Shown one piece after another: positions 15,121 through 16,316 of a DNA stretch of 16,316 bases. Position 1 is the first letter of the stretch. Each line of letters begins with the position of its first letter. Below the pieces are notes generated by a model. The model had not been told where the DNA came from and searched no databases. It saw only the letters and a program-made list of their open reading frames with translations. Source of the stretch: Promethearchaeia archaeon (lineage in GTDB: Archaea > Asgardarchaeota > Lokiarchaeia > Sigyniarchaeales > SOKP01); assembly GCA_046497275.1 (NCBI GenBank), contig JAWOFX010000086.1, positions 1-16,316 of the forward strand, in the 5' to 3' direction. The translations under genes and the position numbers were made by a program.

Positions 15121-15780
15121 ATGAAAAAATCTGGAGATCCATTAAAAGTATTAGGAAGAGGGAAGGGCTATTCTCGGGATAAATTAATTAAAAATATAAC
15201 TCGCCATGAAAAATTCACTCCCGATCTTATACATCATATCAAAAAGCTTCCAGATGTAGTTTTACGTAATCTAGGAACTCCGATGGCTAAAAATCTTATT
15301 AAAATGGTTAGAGAAATCTTTCGAGAATCGTATAGAGCGAAACAATTTACCAGAACGAATATTAATGATCGGGGAGTTCTATATGGAATAGTATTATTAA
15401 AGCATAGAGTGATGGATCTCGTGTTAAATTACTTTCATGAGCGATGGCCGAAATGTATTATCTGCTTATATAACGAGCATACGCAAAAAACAGGGATCAT
15501 GGATCAACAAGGAAAAATAAAAGAAGTCAAGATGTCTCTTAAAGAGGTCGTAGATAAAATCAGTAAACATAGACCAGTTATGCCATACTTCGAGGATATC
15601 CAATTTACTGGGAAAGAAATTTTTGAAACCCTCTATGAAACGCAAAATATTACTGAACGGAATAATAAGCGCTATTTCAAACAAATGATTCCGGATAAAT
15701 GTTATGAATTACCCGGATTGAGAAACGGAATAGAAAAGCGATTTGATGATCAAAATAAGAAACTTGACGATTTTTTATAA
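15121..15780 (+). CDS. DUF4130 / TIGR03915-like putative DNA metabolism protein
   Basis: V-x3-RE-x-x-R-x-K-x-F-x-R, H-x-V-x-x-L-x-x-x-YF-x-x-RW and ERNN-x-R-x-x-x-Q-M-I-P resemble DUF4130. It lies 18 nt after the radical SAM gene with a GAGTGA SD. This family is known to be paired with TIGR03916. Confidence 0.75.
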   Translation: MKKSGDPLKVLGRGKGYSRDKLIKNITRHEKFTPDLIHHIKKLPDVVLRNLGTPMAKNLIKMVREIFRESYRAKQFTRTNINDRGVLYGIVLLKHRVMDLVLNYFHERWPKCIICLYNEHTQKTGIMDQQGKIKEVKMSLKEVVDKISKHRPVMPYFEDIQFTGKEIFETLYETQNITERNNKRYFKQMIPDKCYELPGLRNGIEKRFDDQNKKLDDFL

Positions 15781-15841
15781 CAATCTTAATTGCTATTCTC
15801 TTTCTATTATTCACATTTTGCATTTTCTAAATAGGGAGAAT

Positions 15842-15856
15842 AAAATATTTTAATAG
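15842..15856 (+). promoter_or_regulatory. Putative BRE/TATA promoter of the alpha/beta hydrolase
   Basis: AAAATATTTTAATAG, the same pattern as at 501 and 3001. Confidence 0.45.
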
Positions 15857-15915
15857 AAGTATGATCATTCATATAATTGAGAAATTTTTTTAATCCCCAT
15901 AAAAAGGTTAATACT

Positions 15916-16316
15916 ATGAGTGAAAAAATCAAATATGATTTTCCAGTAGGGTATCGAAATTTACATGAACAAGAAAATATAAACTTTCAGCTGAATAGAC
16001 TAATTTTAAATGGAGCTAAGGTTGAAGAAGTTAAGCAATTAGCACCAAAAATAAATGATTTTAATGATTGGAAAAGAGAATTAATCGTATTGGCAGAAAA
16101 AGCGCTCAATGACAATCGAGAATCAAATGCTGCGTGGTATTATCGAGCGGCACAATTTTTTGTTTCTCCAGACGATCCCGATAAAGAAAAGCTATATGAT
16201 AAATTTATTGATTTATTTTATTCTGTCTACAAGGAAGTTGAAGATCAGAAATTAGAGATTCCTTATGAAAGCATAACCCTCCCAATTATTTATTTAAGAA
16301 ATGAAAATAAGAAAGG
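15916..16316 (+). CDS. Alpha/beta hydrolase (FrsA / 2,6-dihydropseudooxynicotine hydrolase-like), N-terminal fragment running off the window
   Basis: Not in the ORF track. Manual translation gives MSEKIKYDFPVGYRNLHEQENINFQLNRL...DWKRELIVLAEKA...AAWYYRAAQFF...IPYESITLPIIYL, open to the window end. W...AEKA...YYRAA.F...IPYE is typical of this family's helical N-terminus. The catalytic motif lies outside the window. Confidence 0.7.
   Translation, partial: MSEKIKYDFPVGYRNLHEQENINFQLNRLILNGAKVEEVKQLAPKINDFNDWKRELIVLAEKALNDNRESNAAWYYRAAQFFVSPDDPDKEKLYDKFIDLFYSVYKEVEDQKLEIPYESITLPIIYLRNENKK

Noticed and set aside
2177-15684. Other short ORF-track entries overlapping real genes (2177, 4291, 4532, 5562, 6231, 8244, 9811, 10596, 11111, 11326, 13066, 13855, 14102, 14660, 14850, 15466)
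   Set aside because: All are antisense or off-frame shadows of longer motif-bearing genes, with no recognisable motifs.
15794-15841. Imperfect inverted repeat ATTCTCT...AGGGAGAAT after the DUF4130 gene
   Set aside because: Only about 6 perfect base pairs with a long loop in AT-rich DNA, not distinguishable from chance.
1-16316. CRISPR array, tRNA/rRNA, IS/transposase, integrase or prophage
   Set aside because: No regularly spaced repeats, cloverleaf or rRNA-like GC-rich tracts, terminal inverted repeats or mobile-element proteins were seen. The only periodicity is the protein-level TPR repeat.

Overview
AT-rich, gene-dense prokaryotic chromosomal window with archaeal signals: BRE/TATA-like promoters, GGTGA/GGAGG Shine-Dalgarno sites, apparently leaderless genes and oligo-T terminators. 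The gene content is compatible with an anaerobic heterotroph such as a Lokiarchaeia-type Asgard archaeon, but the taxon is inference only. From left to right it holds: (1) a truncated membrane protein, a beta-lactamase-family serine hydrolase, a 6-repeat TPR protein and a YdjM-like membrane metal hydrolase; (2) a carbohydrate cluster with a divergent GH94-like enzyme, a GH3 beta-glycosidase and a URO-D/MtaA-like protein; (3) a five-gene minus-strand sulfur uptake/relay operon tusA-yeeE-dsrE-dsrF-dsrH; (4) a divergently transcribed pair, the putative DNA modification/repair radical SAM protein (TIGR03916-like) plus a DUF4130 protein (TIGR03915-like); (5) a truncated alpha/beta hydrolase. The most notable observation is that both members of the radical SAM/DUF4130 pair end in PCNA-interacting (PIP) motifs (QTTIHDFF and QNKKLDDFL). 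This points to a sliding-clamp-coupled radical SAM DNA-processing system, which sits head-to-head with a sulfur relay that has no visible acceptor. No rRNA, tRNA, CRISPR array or mobile element was recognised. All family calls come from motif recognition by eye, not from database searches.
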